Positions 1-8,807 are shown, counted from the first letter of the stretch. The stretch: 27,399 bases of DNA from Dehalococcoidales bacterium (GCA_049520695.1 JBEKPN010000001.1:1-27399); one strand, 5' to 3'. Notes: generated by a model not told the origin, from the letters alone. Translations and numbers: made by a program.

Positions 1-99
1 CAGACTCAAGCCTTCTTAATACCCAACCTCAACAGAGGCGATGCATCCGTCAGGATAACGCTCAGCTACTATTTCGAGACCAAACCCACCGTTCCGTAG
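1..99 (+). CDS. 3' end of an upstream gene truncated by the window edge (…QTQAFLIPNLNRGDASVRITLSYYFETKPTVP*)
   Basis: Frame 1 is open from base 1 to TAG at 97-99; too short to identify. Confidence 0.55.
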   Translation, partial: QTQAFLIPNLNRGDASVRITLSYYFETKPTVP

Positions 100-118
100 G
101 AATTCTACGCGGGTAAAA

Positions 119-127
119 TGCTATAAT
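119..127 (+). promoter_or_regulatory. Extended -10 promoter (TGcTATAAT) for the lysE-HDAC pair
   Basis: TG at 119-120 and TATAAT at 122-127, 8 nt before ATG 136; no Shine-Dalgarno. Confidence 0.55.
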
Positions 128-135
128 CCCACATT

Positions 136-750
136 ATGTGGGTATTGATAACTATGGTGGTCGGGGTGTCGCTTTCCGGCGTGGTGGCCCCTGGCCCCTT
201 TTTCGCCGTGACGCTGGCCAAAAGCTACAAATCTCCCTGGGCTGGCACGCTGATGGCGCTGGGACACGCCGTCATCGAGGTACCTCTAATACTTCTTATC
301 TACTTCGGCTTTGCCCATTTTTTCCAGGATACGGCCGTTCAGATAGTGCTCAGCCTGGCCGGTGGGGCTATGATAGTCTGGATGGGCGTCAGCATGTTCC
401 TCGACCGCGCCAGGGTAGTGAGGGAAGGTAAGGATTTGCCCTATCCTGCCTTCGTGGCCGGCATCGTTATGAGCGCTCTCAATCCCCTTTTTCTTTTATG
501 GTGGGCTACAATCGGCAGCCTGCTGGTGATGCAGTTCCTGGACTACGGCGTGAGCGGCCTTTTTATTCTCATCACTGTGCACTGGCTGTGCGATTTGGTA
601 TGGCTGACCTTCGTTTCGGTATTCATCAACAAGACGCATCACTTTTTGGGCAAACGTTTCCAGGAATGGTTTTTCATTGCCACCAGCCTCTTGCTGGTGT
701 TCTTCGGTTTCCGCTTCATCATATCGGGCATACAGACCATCATCAAATAG
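136..750 (+). CDS. LysE/RhtB family amino-acid exporter
   Basis: 204 aa, about 6 hydrophobic segments, N-terminal PGP motif (VVAPGPFF), G…GH and NP motifs typical of LysE translocators. Confidence 0.85.
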   Translation: MWVLITMVVGVSLSGVVAPGPFFAVTLAKSYKSPWAGTLMALGHAVIEVPLILLIYFGFAHFFQDTAVQIVLSLAGGAMIVWMGVSMFLDRARVVREGKDLPYPAFVAGIVMSALNPLFLLWWATIGSLLVMQFLDYGVSGLFILITVHWLCDLVWLTFVSVFINKTHHFLGKRFQEWFFIATSLLLVFFGFRFIISGIQTIIK

Positions 751-762
751 GAGGTTTATCCT

Positions 763-1785
763 ATGAAAGTGGGCGTAGTCTATGACACTGTTTACCTGGG
801 TCATGACCCAGGCGAACACCCCGAGAACAGGCAGCGCCTGGAGGCCATCGTCCTGCGGCTGAAAGAAACGGGCCTCTGGGAAAAGCTCGTTCACATCGCC
901 CCGCGCCCGGCTACGTTTGAAGAGCTGCGGCGCGTGCACAGCGAGAGCCACGTCAGATATATCAGAGAGATGGCTGAATCAGGCGGCGGTCAAATAGACG
1001 CCGACACGGTTGTCTCCTTACACTCCTATGAGGCTGCCCTGTATGCCGCCGGTGGCGTTGAAAGCGCGGTGGATGTGGTGATGGGTGGGGAAGTCACGTC
1101 TGCCTTCGCGCTGGTGCGCCCGCCGGGACACCATGCCACGCGTAATCAAGCCATGGGTTTTTGCCTTTTCAATAACGTGGCGGTAGCCGCGGCGCATGCA
1201 CTGGATAAGTATAAACTACAGCGCGTTCTCATCCTGGATTTCGATGTGCACCACGGCAACGGCACGCAGGATATTTTCGCTGACGAGCCGCGCGTCAATT
1301 ATATTTCGGTACACCAATCTCCGCTCTATCCCGGCAGCGGCAGCCTGGAAGAACGCGGCGCGGGAAACATGTTCAACATTCCTCTTCCTCCAGACTGCGG
1401 AGACGGCGAATACGCGCGTGTTTACGATGAGATTGTTATACCGGTAGCGCGCAGGTTCAACCCGGAGCTAGTCCTCGTTTCAGCGGGCTTCGATGCCCAC
1501 TGGGCGTATGAACTGGCCTCCATGTGCTTGAGTATAAACGGCTACGCTCAAATAGTGCGCAGGATAAAGGCGCTGGCGGACGAATACTGTGCGGGGCGGC
1601 TCGTTCTCAGCCTGGAAGGTGGCTATAACCCGGCACCCCTGGCGGGATGCGTTAAAGCGGTGTTCGACGTGCTGCTGGGAAATGAGAGGATCGAAGACAG
1701 GCTAGGGCCCTGTTCCTCTCGGGAGAATCCCCCGGATATTGTGCCGCTCATGGTGCGACTCAAAGAATCATTTGGGCTAAGTTGA
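763..1785 (+). CDS. Histone deacetylase superfamily Zn-dependent amidohydrolase (AcuC/APAH-like)
   Basis: Motifs HPE, RPPGHH, GFCLFNN, DFDVHHGNG, SAGFDAH, LEGGY; SD GGAGGT at 750-755. Confidence 0.95.
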   Translation: MKVGVVYDTVYLGHDPGEHPENRQRLEAIVLRLKETGLWEKLVHIAPRPATFEELRRVHSESHVRYIREMAESGGGQIDADTVVSLHSYEAALYAAGGVESAVDVVMGGEVTSAFALVRPPGHHATRNQAMGFCLFNNVAVAAAHALDKYKLQRVLILDFDVHHGNGTQDIFADEPRVNYISVHQSPLYPGSGSLEERGAGNMFNIPLPPDCGDGEYARVYDEIVIPVARRFNPELVLVSAGFDAHWAYELASMCLSINGYAQIVRRIKALADEYCAGRLVLSLEGGYNPAPLAGCVKAVFDVLLGNERIEDRLGPCSSRENPPDIVPLMVRLKESFGLS

Positions 1786-3321
1786 GTCCTCGCTCAGTGC
1801 CTGCTTTTCTCCGACGGCGAGAAGTTTTTTGACATAATCCAGTGCTTCCCCGCGCGTGGTGACCTCCCCGACAGCCTGAGCTTCGCGCACCTCTTCCAGC
1901 AGCTCGCCCAGGCGGCGTCCCGGGGCAAGCCCCAGTTCGCGCTGCAGGTCGTGGCCGTCCAGCAGTTTGGCGGGCGCCATGGTCTGCGGCTTCTTCTCAT
2001 GCTCGGCGATCAAGTACGTCGCTACCCCGACATGCCAGTCCCAGTTATCCTTTTCCAGGTTGGGGCCGCGCGTGGCCAAGTGGTCGGCCAGGCTGAAATA
2101 AAGCGTGGCGTAAGCCGCTTCCCCCATGTCTCGGAAGTAGCGGTAGATGGCGCGTTTGGTGGGAGCCGCTCCATCCTCGGTCATCTGCACCGGGCGCAGG
2201 TGATAGCGCACGATGGCCTCCACGAACTGTATCTCGCGGTTGCTGAAGCGCAGCCTCTCCAGTATGGCGGCGGCGATGGGCGCGCCCTCCTGCGGGTGGC
2301 TGTAGAAGCGTACCTTGCCGAACTCGTTGACGATGCGCGTCTGCGGCTTGGCAATATCGTGCAGCAACGCCGCCAGCTTGGTGAGCACGCGGCGTGTGGA
2401 GAGCGGGCTGACTTTAGCCTCAAAATAACTCTTGATATTCTCGTCCCACGGTATCCCGGCGAGGACGCTGCTATCGGCGAACTCCCAGCCGCTCTTACGC
2501 AGGATAAAATCCAGCGCCGAGATGGAGCGCACCGAATGATGGAAGACGTTCCAGGTGTGCTCTTTGGGCTGTCCCACCTCCCGTGTGGCGGCCAGCTCGG
2601 GGATGACGGCAGTGAGCAGTCCCAGTTTGTCCAGATAGACGATGATTTTATAACTATCGGCCAGCGCCAGCAGCCGCAGCAGCTCTTCGCGCACGCGCTC
2701 TCCGGCCACATTTTTAATCAGCTCATGGTCGCGTTCCATGAGCTCCTCGGTTTGTGGTTCAATGGTAAAACCCAGGTCGGCTACGAGGCGCACACCGCGC
2801 AGCAGACGGATGGCGTCATTCTGGAAAACCTGCGGGCTGACGGCGCGGATGAGTTTCCTTTGTATATCGCCCAGACCATCGAAGGGGTCGATAATGGCTG
2901 CCTTGATCCTATCTTTTGACGAAAGAACGAGTTTAGTAAGGTCGATAGCAAGTGCATCGACGGTAAAGTCGCGCCGTCCCAGGTCTTCGGTGAGGTTGCC
3001 CTGAAGCGTAGCGACATCTATCTGCCAGTTCTCGGCTACTTCTTGCTCCTCTTTTTGGGGCAGCAAGCGCACCACGCCGTTTTCGTTGTCAAGTACCACG
3101 CAGTGAGCCTTGAGATATACGGCTATCTCCTGTCCGATAGCGAGGGCATCGCCGGCGATGGCAATGTCGATATCCGCCTTGTCGCGTCCCATCACCATGT
3201 CGCGCACCAGTCCGCCCACTATGTAGGCTTCGATATGGTGCTGCGCCAGGAACCCCCGTAGACGTGACAGGATAGCGCTGACCGTGGGGCTCAGGGAGAC
3301 CTCTAAACGGTTTTCATTCAC
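1777..3321 (-). CDS. tRNA nucleotidyltransferase/poly(A) polymerase family protein with HD domain (probably CC-adding type)
   Basis: VGGLVRD, DIDIA (DxD), DLGRRDFT, ERVREE and H…LLHDIAKP motifs; GTG start; overlaps the HDAC 3' end by 9 nt. Confidence 0.9.
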   Translation of the reverse strand: MNENRLEVSLSPTVSAILSRLRGFLAQHHIEAYIVGGLVRDMVMGRDKADIDIAIAGDALAIGQEIAVYLKAHCVVLDNENGVVRLLPQKEEQEVAENWQIDVATLQGNLTEDLGRRDFTVDALAIDLTKLVLSSKDRIKAAIIDPFDGLGDIQRKLIRAVSPQVFQNDAIRLLRGVRLVADLGFTIEPQTEELMERDHELIKNVAGERVREELLRLLALADSYKIIVYLDKLGLLTAVIPELAATREVGQPKEHTWNVFHHSVRSISALDFILRKSGWEFADSSVLAGIPWDENIKSYFEAKVSPLSTRRVLTKLAALLHDIAKPQTRIVNEFGKVRFYSHPQEGAPIAAAILERLRFSNREIQFVEAIVRYHLRPVQMTEDGAAPTKRAIYRYFRDMGEAAYATLYFSLADHLATRGPNLEKDNWDWHVGVATYLIAEHEKKPQTMAPAKLLDGHDLQRELGLAPGRRLGELLEEVREAQAVGEVTTRGEALDYVKKLLAVGEKQALSEDST

Positions 3322-3327
3322 GCTTTC

Positions 3328-3356
3328 AGGATAGACGAAAGCGGGGGGATTGGCAA
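3328..3356 (-). promoter_or_regulatory. Sigma70-type promoter TTGCCA-N17-TATCCT, leaderless, for the nucleotidyltransferase
   Basis: On minus strand: -35 at 3351-3356, -10 at 3328-3333, 6 nt to GTG at 3321. Confidence 0.6.
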
Positions 3357-3386
3357 GACTTTTCGTGTTTTTGGCGAATGGAGCAT

Positions 3387-3491
3387 GTCATTCCTGCACA
3401 TTCGTCCTTCAGCCGAAGGACTCAGTGTAAACTCCAGCGAGAATCCAGTGAAAACTACAACGCGGATTGTCGGGTCAAGCCCGACAATGAC
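3387..3491. repeat. REPIN-like palindromic element, copy 1 (105 bp)
   Basis: GTCATT…AATGAC inverted termini with internal hairpins; 5 mismatches versus 7646-7750. Confidence 0.9.
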
Positions 3492-3506
3492 ACTGGGAGG
3501 GAGCAG

Positions 3507-3544
3507 TTGACAATCCTATCGTGCTATGTTACGATATATCGTAA
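3507..3544 (+). promoter_or_regulatory. padR promoter (TTGACA-N17-TACGAT) overlapped by perfect 16-bp palindrome TTACGATATATCGTAA, putative autoregulatory operator
   Basis: -35 at 3507-3512, TG at 3527-3528, -10 at 3530-3535, palindrome 3529-3544. Confidence 0.75.
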
Positions 3545-3563
3545 TAAGAATAGGAGGTCAACA

Positions 3564-4058
3564 ATGTTTGGTTCACATTTTTATGGTTCGGAGAGGCACC
3601 AGCGCCCGGTGGAAAAGGGAGCGCTCAAGTATGTCATTCTCGACCTGTTGAAAGACAAGCCCAGCCACGGCTATGAGATTATCCGTGCTCTGGAAGACCG
3701 TTTCCACGGCTTTTACACGCCCAGCGCCGGCAGCGTCTATCCCACTCTGCAACTGCTGGAAGACATGGGCTATGTCACCTCGGCGGAGCGCGACGGTAAG
3801 AGGGTTTACACTATCACCGACGAAGGGCGCAAGCACTTGGGTGACGAAAAAGAGCACATAGACGATATCAAAGGCCGCATGAAGGACTTCTGGGGAATGC
3901 ACAACCGCGCGGATTTCCGTGATACGTTAATAGAGTTCCGCGGCCTTGGTAAGATGTTCCGCGAGCATGCGCGCGACCTGAACGAGGACCAGTGGAAACG
4001 CATCCGCGAGATTGTCCACCGCGCCACCGGCGAGATATCGGACGTAATAGGGCACTAG
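3564..4058 (+). CDS. PadR family transcriptional regulator
   Basis: LKYVILDLLKDKPSHGYEII…PSAGSVYPTLQLLEDMG…YTITDEG winged-helix signature; ATG 3564 after SD AGGAGG (track ORF over-extended to 3378). Confidence 0.92.
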   Translation: MFGSHFYGSERHQRPVEKGALKYVILDLLKDKPSHGYEIIRALEDRFHGFYTPSAGSVYPTLQLLEDMGYVTSAERDGKRVYTITDEGRKHLGDEKEHIDDIKGRMKDFWGMHNRADFRDTLIEFRGLGKMFREHARDLNEDQWKRIREIVHRATGEISDVIGH

Positions 4059-4122
4059 GCTTTATTCGGCAAATACCAAAAGCGAAATGCTTAATGTTGA
4101 TGGCCAGACGTGCTTGTTCTAG

Positions 4123-4458
4123 TCACTTGATAGCGTTGATCAGCCTAAAACCACCGAGAGCGAATAACGCGTAGATTGCTAATCCAATGTAGGTGGAGTT
4201 GATTATTGCAAGTAGCACAGCAAATATTGGTGATGAGCCAACTCGCCGCAAGTTTGTCTTCTGTTCTTCAGATAGTTTGTTGCCTAAGAAGAATTCAGCG
4301 ATAGCGGTATTGAAAAAGGAGAGGGAGAGAATAACGTGGAAAATAGCGAAGGCAAGTATACCAGCTCCGAAGCTTACCAATGTTATGAAGCTTAAAAAAA
4401 GTAGTCCCACTATGGTAATTATGATTGCCAATCTTTTCAGGCTTATTATTTTTAACAT
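4123..4458 (-). CDS. Small AT-rich hypothetical membrane protein (111 aa, about 3 TM)
   Basis: ATG at 4458 preceded by GAGGA; long hydrophobic stretches; A/T-rich codons unlike flanks. Confidence 0.6.
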   Translation of the reverse strand: MLKIISLKRLAIIITIVGLLFLSFITLVSFGAGILAFAIFHVILSLSFFNTAIAEFFLGNKLSEEQKTNLRRVGSSPIFAVLLAIINSTYIGLAIYALFALGGFRLINAIK

Positions 4459-4565
4459 ATTTCCTCGATTCTTATAATAGAAGCAATTGGTTACACTTTG
4501 CTTGTGAGTCCCGAGGATAGGAAACAATAGGTCATTAATTCATCTCTTGCTTTCTCTTGAGCAAT

Positions 4566-6992
4566 CTAATTTAGCCCTACTGGGTCTACATCAATAGCCC
4601 AGCCTGATGGGACCTCTTCATTGTTAAGAAGCCTTTCGGGCTGGTTGCCGCGCAGGGTTAGCTGCCAGCGGTATCGTCCCCTCAGCCGGGCGATAAAGGC
4701 TGGCGCCGGGCCGATGATGCTCACGTCTATTATACCCCGCCCCGCGATGTCCGCCTCTAATTGGTGTTTCATGCGCTCGGCTTCAGTTTTACAGGCAGTC
4801 TCGTTGACGTGGACATAGGTCAGGCGCACTAGTTGCGAGAAGGGCGGCTCGCCCAGCTCGCGACGGAAGGCTATCTCCTGGTTATAAAAGGCTTCGTAGT
4901 CCTGCTTGAGTACTGCCTGTATGGCATAGTGCTCGGGCGAATAGGTCTGAATGATGACGTGTCCCGGACGCTCGCCGCGTCCGGCGCGACCGGCCACCTG
5001 AGACAGGAGTTGAAAGGTGCGTTCTCCGGCGCGGAAATCGGGCAGGTTGAGGGCCGTATCGGCGCTGACCACCCCTACCAGCGTCACCTGCGGCAGGTCG
5101 AGGCCCTTGGCCACCATCTGCGTGCCGATGAGGATATCGGCCTGATGGCTCTTGAGCTTATCCATTATCTCCTGATGCGAGTGTTTGGCGCGTGTGACGT
5201 CACTGTCCCAGCGCAGTAGTCTGGCTGTCGGGAATCCCTGCGCCGTCTCCTCTTCGAGTTTTTGAGTCCCGATACCCAGGAATTTTATCCTGCGGCTGAA
5301 GCAGCGCGGACACGTAGTGGGCACCGGCTGGTGGCGGTTGCACTGGTGGCACACCAGAGCCCCCTCGGCTGAGTGGTAGCTCATGGGCACCTGGCAGCGC
5401 CGACATTTCACCACCAGCCCGCAGGTGCGGCACTGCACGAAGGTGGCGCTGCCGCGGCGGTTGAAAAAGAGGATGACCTGCTCGCTCTGACTTAGTGCCT
5501 GACCCATGGCCTCACGCAGGCTGTGGCTGAACATGCTGCGGTTGCCGCTCTTGAGCTCCTCGCGCAGGTCCACCAGCTCGATGTTCGGCATGGGTGAACC
5601 GGGGTGGGGAGTGAGGCGCTCAGGCAACTCAAGCAGAGTGTAATCTCCCGTTTTGGCGTGGTAATAGGTCTCGACGTCCGGCGTAGCGCTGCCCAATATG
5701 ACGGTGGCTTCCGTCATCTCCGCCAGTTTGAGGGCAACATTGCGGGCATGGTAGCGCGGGGACTGGTCCTGCTGTTTATACGTCCACTCGTGCTCCTCGT
5801 CTATGACGATGAGGCCGAGGTCAGGCTGTGGGGCGAAAATGGCGCCCCTCGGCCCAACGACGACGTCGTATCCTCCCTTCTGGATGTCGCGCCACTGGTC
5901 AAACTGCTCGCCCAGCGAGAGTTTGCTGTGCAGCACGGCCACTTTATGCGGGAAGCGGCTGGCGAAGCGCTCGATAGTCTGGGGTGTGAGGGCTATTTCC
6001 GGCACAAGGGCGATACCGCGCTGGCCGAGTTTCCTTGCCTCAGCTAAGGCTTGCAGGTACACTTCAGTCTTGCCGCTGCCGGTGACGCCGTGCAGGACAA
6101 AGACGCCGGGTTTGCCAGACTTGAGGTTTTGCGTGATGGCGGAGAGGGCAACGCTCTGGGCAGGCGTCAGTTTGAGAGGCGACGAGGGTGTGATACGGGA
6201 GTAGTCGATGGGTTCGCGCTTGACCTCGACGGGCTCAATACTCACGAGGTTCCGGCTAACCAAAATGTTGAGCAAGGGGCGCGGGAAACCGGCTTGCTTA
6301 ACCTCAGAAACGGGTATCGGTCGCTTCTGACGGGTCAGATATTCCAGGAGGGCGACCTGCCTGGGAGCTCTCTTTTTGAGCGTGGTGAGGGCCTGTTCGA
6401 GGGCGGCGGGCGAAGTCGTGAGCCTGACATAATCTTCCTGTTTGGGCTTCACCTTCTCGCGCTCGATCTCATAGCTCCGCGTGATAAAGCCTCGGTTTAC
6501 CAATTGCGAGGCAACCCTCTGCGCGGTCTTCTTGCCGAGGACTTTTTCGAGTTGCTTCAGGCTTACTGTGCCTTCTCTCCGTACGGCGTTTAGGAGTTGC
6601 TTCTGCTCGTCATTGAGATTGGTGTCGTCAAGGCTGGCCTTATTCGTGACGCTGATGAAGGTGAGTGGCTGGCGCTCGAAGCCCGGCGGCAGAAAGAGGG
6701 CGATGGCCGCAAAAATGGGGGAGAAGTAGTAGTCGCTTATCCATTGGGACAACTCGAGTTGTGTTTTGGAAAGCAGGGGCTCGGGCTGGATGAGGCTGTC
6801 GATAGGACGCACGGATTCGACAGAGGGATACTCTGAAAGCACGACCACGACGCCCTGCAGGATACGCTTGCCGAAAGGCACCCACACAGCGTGGCCGGGC
6901 GAGAGCGCGAGGCCTTCAGGGATGGAATAGCAGAAAAGCTGACGCTCGCCGGCAGGAGAGTTGACGCTGACTTCGGCAAATGACAAAGCCAT
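4566..6992 (-). CDS. priA: Primosomal protein N' (replication restart helicase)
   Basis: HGVTGSGKTEVY Walker A, LVPEIALTPQ, DEEH, cysteine-rich CxxC x4 region, GTQMVAKGLD, QVAGRAGR. Confidence 0.97.
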   Translation of the reverse strand: MALSFAEVSVNSPAGERQLFCYSIPEGLALSPGHAVWVPFGKRILQGVVVVLSEYPSVESVRPIDSLIQPEPLLSKTQLELSQWISDYYFSPIFAAIALFLPPGFERQPLTFISVTNKASLDDTNLNDEQKQLLNAVRREGTVSLKQLEKVLGKKTAQRVASQLVNRGFITRSYEIEREKVKPKQEDYVRLTTSPAALEQALTTLKKRAPRQVALLEYLTRQKRPIPVSEVKQAGFPRPLLNILVSRNLVSIEPVEVKREPIDYSRITPSSPLKLTPAQSVALSAITQNLKSGKPGVFVLHGVTGSGKTEVYLQALAEARKLGQRGIALVPEIALTPQTIERFASRFPHKVAVLHSKLSLGEQFDQWRDIQKGGYDVVVGPRGAIFAPQPDLGLIVIDEEHEWTYKQQDQSPRYHARNVALKLAEMTEATVILGSATPDVETYYHAKTGDYTLLELPERLTPHPGSPMPNIELVDLREELKSGNRSMFSHSLREAMGQALSQSEQVILFFNRRGSATFVQCRTCGLVVKCRRCQVPMSYHSAEGALVCHQCNRHQPVPTTCPRCFSRRIKFLGIGTQKLEEETAQGFPTARLLRWDSDVTRAKHSHQEIMDKLKSHQADILIGTQMVAKGLDLPQVTLVGVVSADTALNLPDFRAGERTFQLLSQVAGRAGRGERPGHVIIQTYSPEHYAIQAVLKQDYEAFYNQEIAFRRELGEPPFSQLVRLTYVHVNETACKTEAERMKHQLEADIAGRGIIDVSIIGPAPAFIARLRGRYRWQLTLRGNQPERLLNNEEVPSGWAIDVDPVGLN

Positions 6993-7036
6993 ACTCCCTG
7001 CTCCTGCTCACTGGCGAGCGTTACAGTGAAATGCTG

Positions 7037-7534
7037 TTATTCAGCCTTGGTTTCTGCTTCGGGCGCGGTAGCGGCGGGGGCTTCAGCTACGGGGGTCTCC
7101 ATCACGGGCAGGTCCTCGATTTCGGAGGCACCGGCGGCCTCAATCATGGCCAGCTTTTCCTTGCTCAACCGCTTTTCCTTGATGCGGGCGGCCTTGCCGC
7201 TGAGATTGCGCAGGTAGAACAGGCGAGCGCGGCGCACTTTACCGTGGCGCACCAGCTCGACGCGGGCTACCAGGGGGGAGGCGTAGGGGAAGGTGCGTTC
7301 CACACCGACACCGTAGGCCACGCGGCGCACGGTGAAGTTGCCGCCGTCGACGGAGTGGTGGATCTTGATGACCACACCCTGGAACATCTGGATGCGCTCT
7401 TTGTCGCCCTCGACGATGCGCATGCTGACCTTAACGTTATCACCAGCGGTAAGCTGGGGGATAGGTTCTTTCTTGATGACGACTTTCTTCTCTTTGACTT
7501 CCTTGGCGTCTTTCTTCTTGGTTTCGGCGGCCAT
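7037..7534 (-). CDS. rplS: 50S ribosomal protein L19 with charged N- and acidic Ala/Pro C-terminal extensions
   Basis: GDNVKV…[15 protein letters not shown]…[16 protein letters not shown]…[12 protein letters not shown]. Confidence 0.97.
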   Translation of the reverse strand: MAAETKKKDAKEVKEKKVVIKKEPIPQLTAGDNVKVSMRIVEGDKERIQMFQGVVIKIHHSVDGGNFTVRRVAYGVGVERTFPYASPLVARVELVRHGKVRRARLFYLRNLSGKAARIKEKRLSKEKLAMIEAAGASEIEDLPVMETPVAEAPAATAPEAETKAE

Positions 7535-7567
7535 ACGTTTACCTCAACTGTTTTTTAGTATCCATAT

Positions 7568-7596
7568 AAAGTAACATAACAGGCTCAAATATTCAA
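7568..7596 (-). promoter_or_regulatory. Dedicated rplS promoter TTGAAT-N17-TACTTT with extended TG
   Basis: -35 at 7591-7596, -10 at 7568-7573; SD GAGGT before ATG 7534. Confidence 0.6.
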
Positions 7597-7607
7597 GTTG
7601 GGATGGC

Positions 7608-7630
7608 AAAGCGGCTTTTCAGTAGCCGCC
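7608..7630 (-). terminator. Possible intrinsic terminator upstream of the rplS promoter
   Basis: GCGGCT-N7-AGCCGC stem (7611-7616/7624-7629) followed by only TTT on minus strand. Confidence 0.35.
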
Positions 7631-7645
7631 AATTGGAGGCGTGTA

Positions 7646-7750
7646 GTCATTCCCGCACATTCGTCCTTCAGCCGAAGGACTCAGTGTAAACTCCAGCGGG
7701 AATCCAGGGAAAACTACAACGCGGATTGTCGGGGCAAGCCCGCCAATGAC
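7646..7750. repeat. REPIN-like palindromic element, copy 2 (105 bp)
   Basis: Near-identical, same-orientation copy of 3387-3491. Confidence 0.9.
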
Positions 7751-7835
7751 ACGTACCTATGGGTCTGTTAGAATAACAACTCAAAGAGGTTTGATATGAA
7801 ACCTAAAAGCTTGAGCAATGATGTATTGAATGAAA

Positions 7836-8020
7836 ACGCATGGTCAAGCTGGATATTCAATTCAATATTTCACATCCAGCAGTGTTCTCAATACCTTGGG
7901 GAATAGTTTTCTTAAGTATTCCTTCACACCAGGATTCAGGATACGGCAGCGATATTTCGGTATCCACACGATACGGTATTCTGTGCGATCAATACTATGT
8001 CCAGCTAATCGCGCTTCCAT
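7836..8020 (-). pseudogene. tnpA: Frameshifted, truncated IS200/IS605 TnpA (Y1 transposase) fragment
   Basis: ATG 8020 reads MEARLAGHSIDRTEYRIVWIPKYRCRILNPGVKEYLRKLFPKVLR…, stop at 7862-7864; a shifted frame gives ELNIQLDH where the HUH motif begins, then similarity ends. Confidence 0.85.
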
Positions 8021-8125
8021 GTTCTAAACATAGCGTATCGCCGCCTACTCATTCACCCACTGGCAAAGCCCCTGGAACTCTGCCCTTCGGGTTATTAGAC
8101 TGATCCGCATAAGATGCGGAGTTAT
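7836..8125 (-). mobile_element. IS200/IS605-family remnant (one end plus 5' part of tnpA)
   Basis: tnpA fragment plus upstream hairpin TCCGCATAAGATGCGGA (about 8103-8119), consistent with a subterminal hairpin; boundaries approximate. Confidence 0.65.
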
Positions 8126-8201
8126 GGCAACGGATCCATCCCCAATAGAATCGAGTAATTCTTTCGTTAATTGACCTATAATAGTACGCATTGAATCACT
8201 C

Positions 8202-8807
8202 TCATTTTACCGGTGTTGTTGTAGAAGAGTCGGAAGTTTTATCGGAAGCCGGGTCATCGCCTTCCTGCTTCTTCTCAAAAAAGGCTTCAGCAACTGTTTT
8301 TAATTTGAAAACAGCAGAATCGGTAAACATACCTACAAGCAGCCCCATCGCCACAAAGCCAACTGGGCTCAGATTTGCGGTAGTGGACTTTGAGGAAAGG
8401 AAACCACCACGAATTACAAAATAGAATGCCAGAGCCACAGCGATACCGGCGAACGGCATTAAAAGGTAATTCATTAACCAACTATTTATTAATCTGCGCT
8501 GTCCTACGTACCATGAAAAAGAGCGGATCACAAATGCCTGAGCACCAAGAGCTGCGGCTAATACCACCAGCAACACTAGTTGAGCCTCGGAGGTCATAGT
8601 CACATTCGTCCAGAACAGAAGAGATAGGTTTACGGTAGTGGCGGTATCAGTGGTTTGTGGCGGCCATATCTGAATAATACAGACAATAATAGCAAGCGTA
8701 AGCAAAGCCAGGTAAATCGCCATAATTACGATGACTTTTTTATTTGCCCAACTCTCCCCAACTGAGCTTTTTGGGAGAGACTGTTGACTACCGGTATTGG
8801 CTGGCAT
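8202..8807 (-). CDS. AT-rich hypothetical multi-pass membrane protein (201 aa, about 4 TM)
   Basis: ATG 8807 after GGAGGG; four hydrophobic segments; motif SWYVGQRRLINSWLMNYLLMPFAG…RGG. Confidence 0.75.
   Translation of the reverse strand: MPANTGSQQSLPKSSVGESWANKKVIVIMAIYLALLTLAIIVCIIQIWPPQTTDTATTVNLSLLFWTNVTMTSEAQLVLLVVLAAALGAQAFVIRSFSWYVGQRRLINSWLMNYLLMPFAGIAVALAFYFVIRGGFLSSKSTTANLSPVGFVAMGLLVGMFTDSAVFKLKTVAEAFFEKKQEGDDPASDKTSDSSTTTPVK

Noticed and set aside
1951-2919. 322-aa ORF opposite the nucleotidyltransferase
   Set aside because: Fully overlaps the motif-bearing gene; typical antisense composition
3378-3563. Track's N-terminal extension of PadR
   Set aside because: Spans the REPIN and promoter; the SD supports ATG 3564
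3387-7750. The two 105-bp direct repeats as ends of a composite transposon or as CRISPR repeats
   Set aside because: They enclose essential priA and rplS, are 4.2 kb apart, and show no spacer array or cas genes
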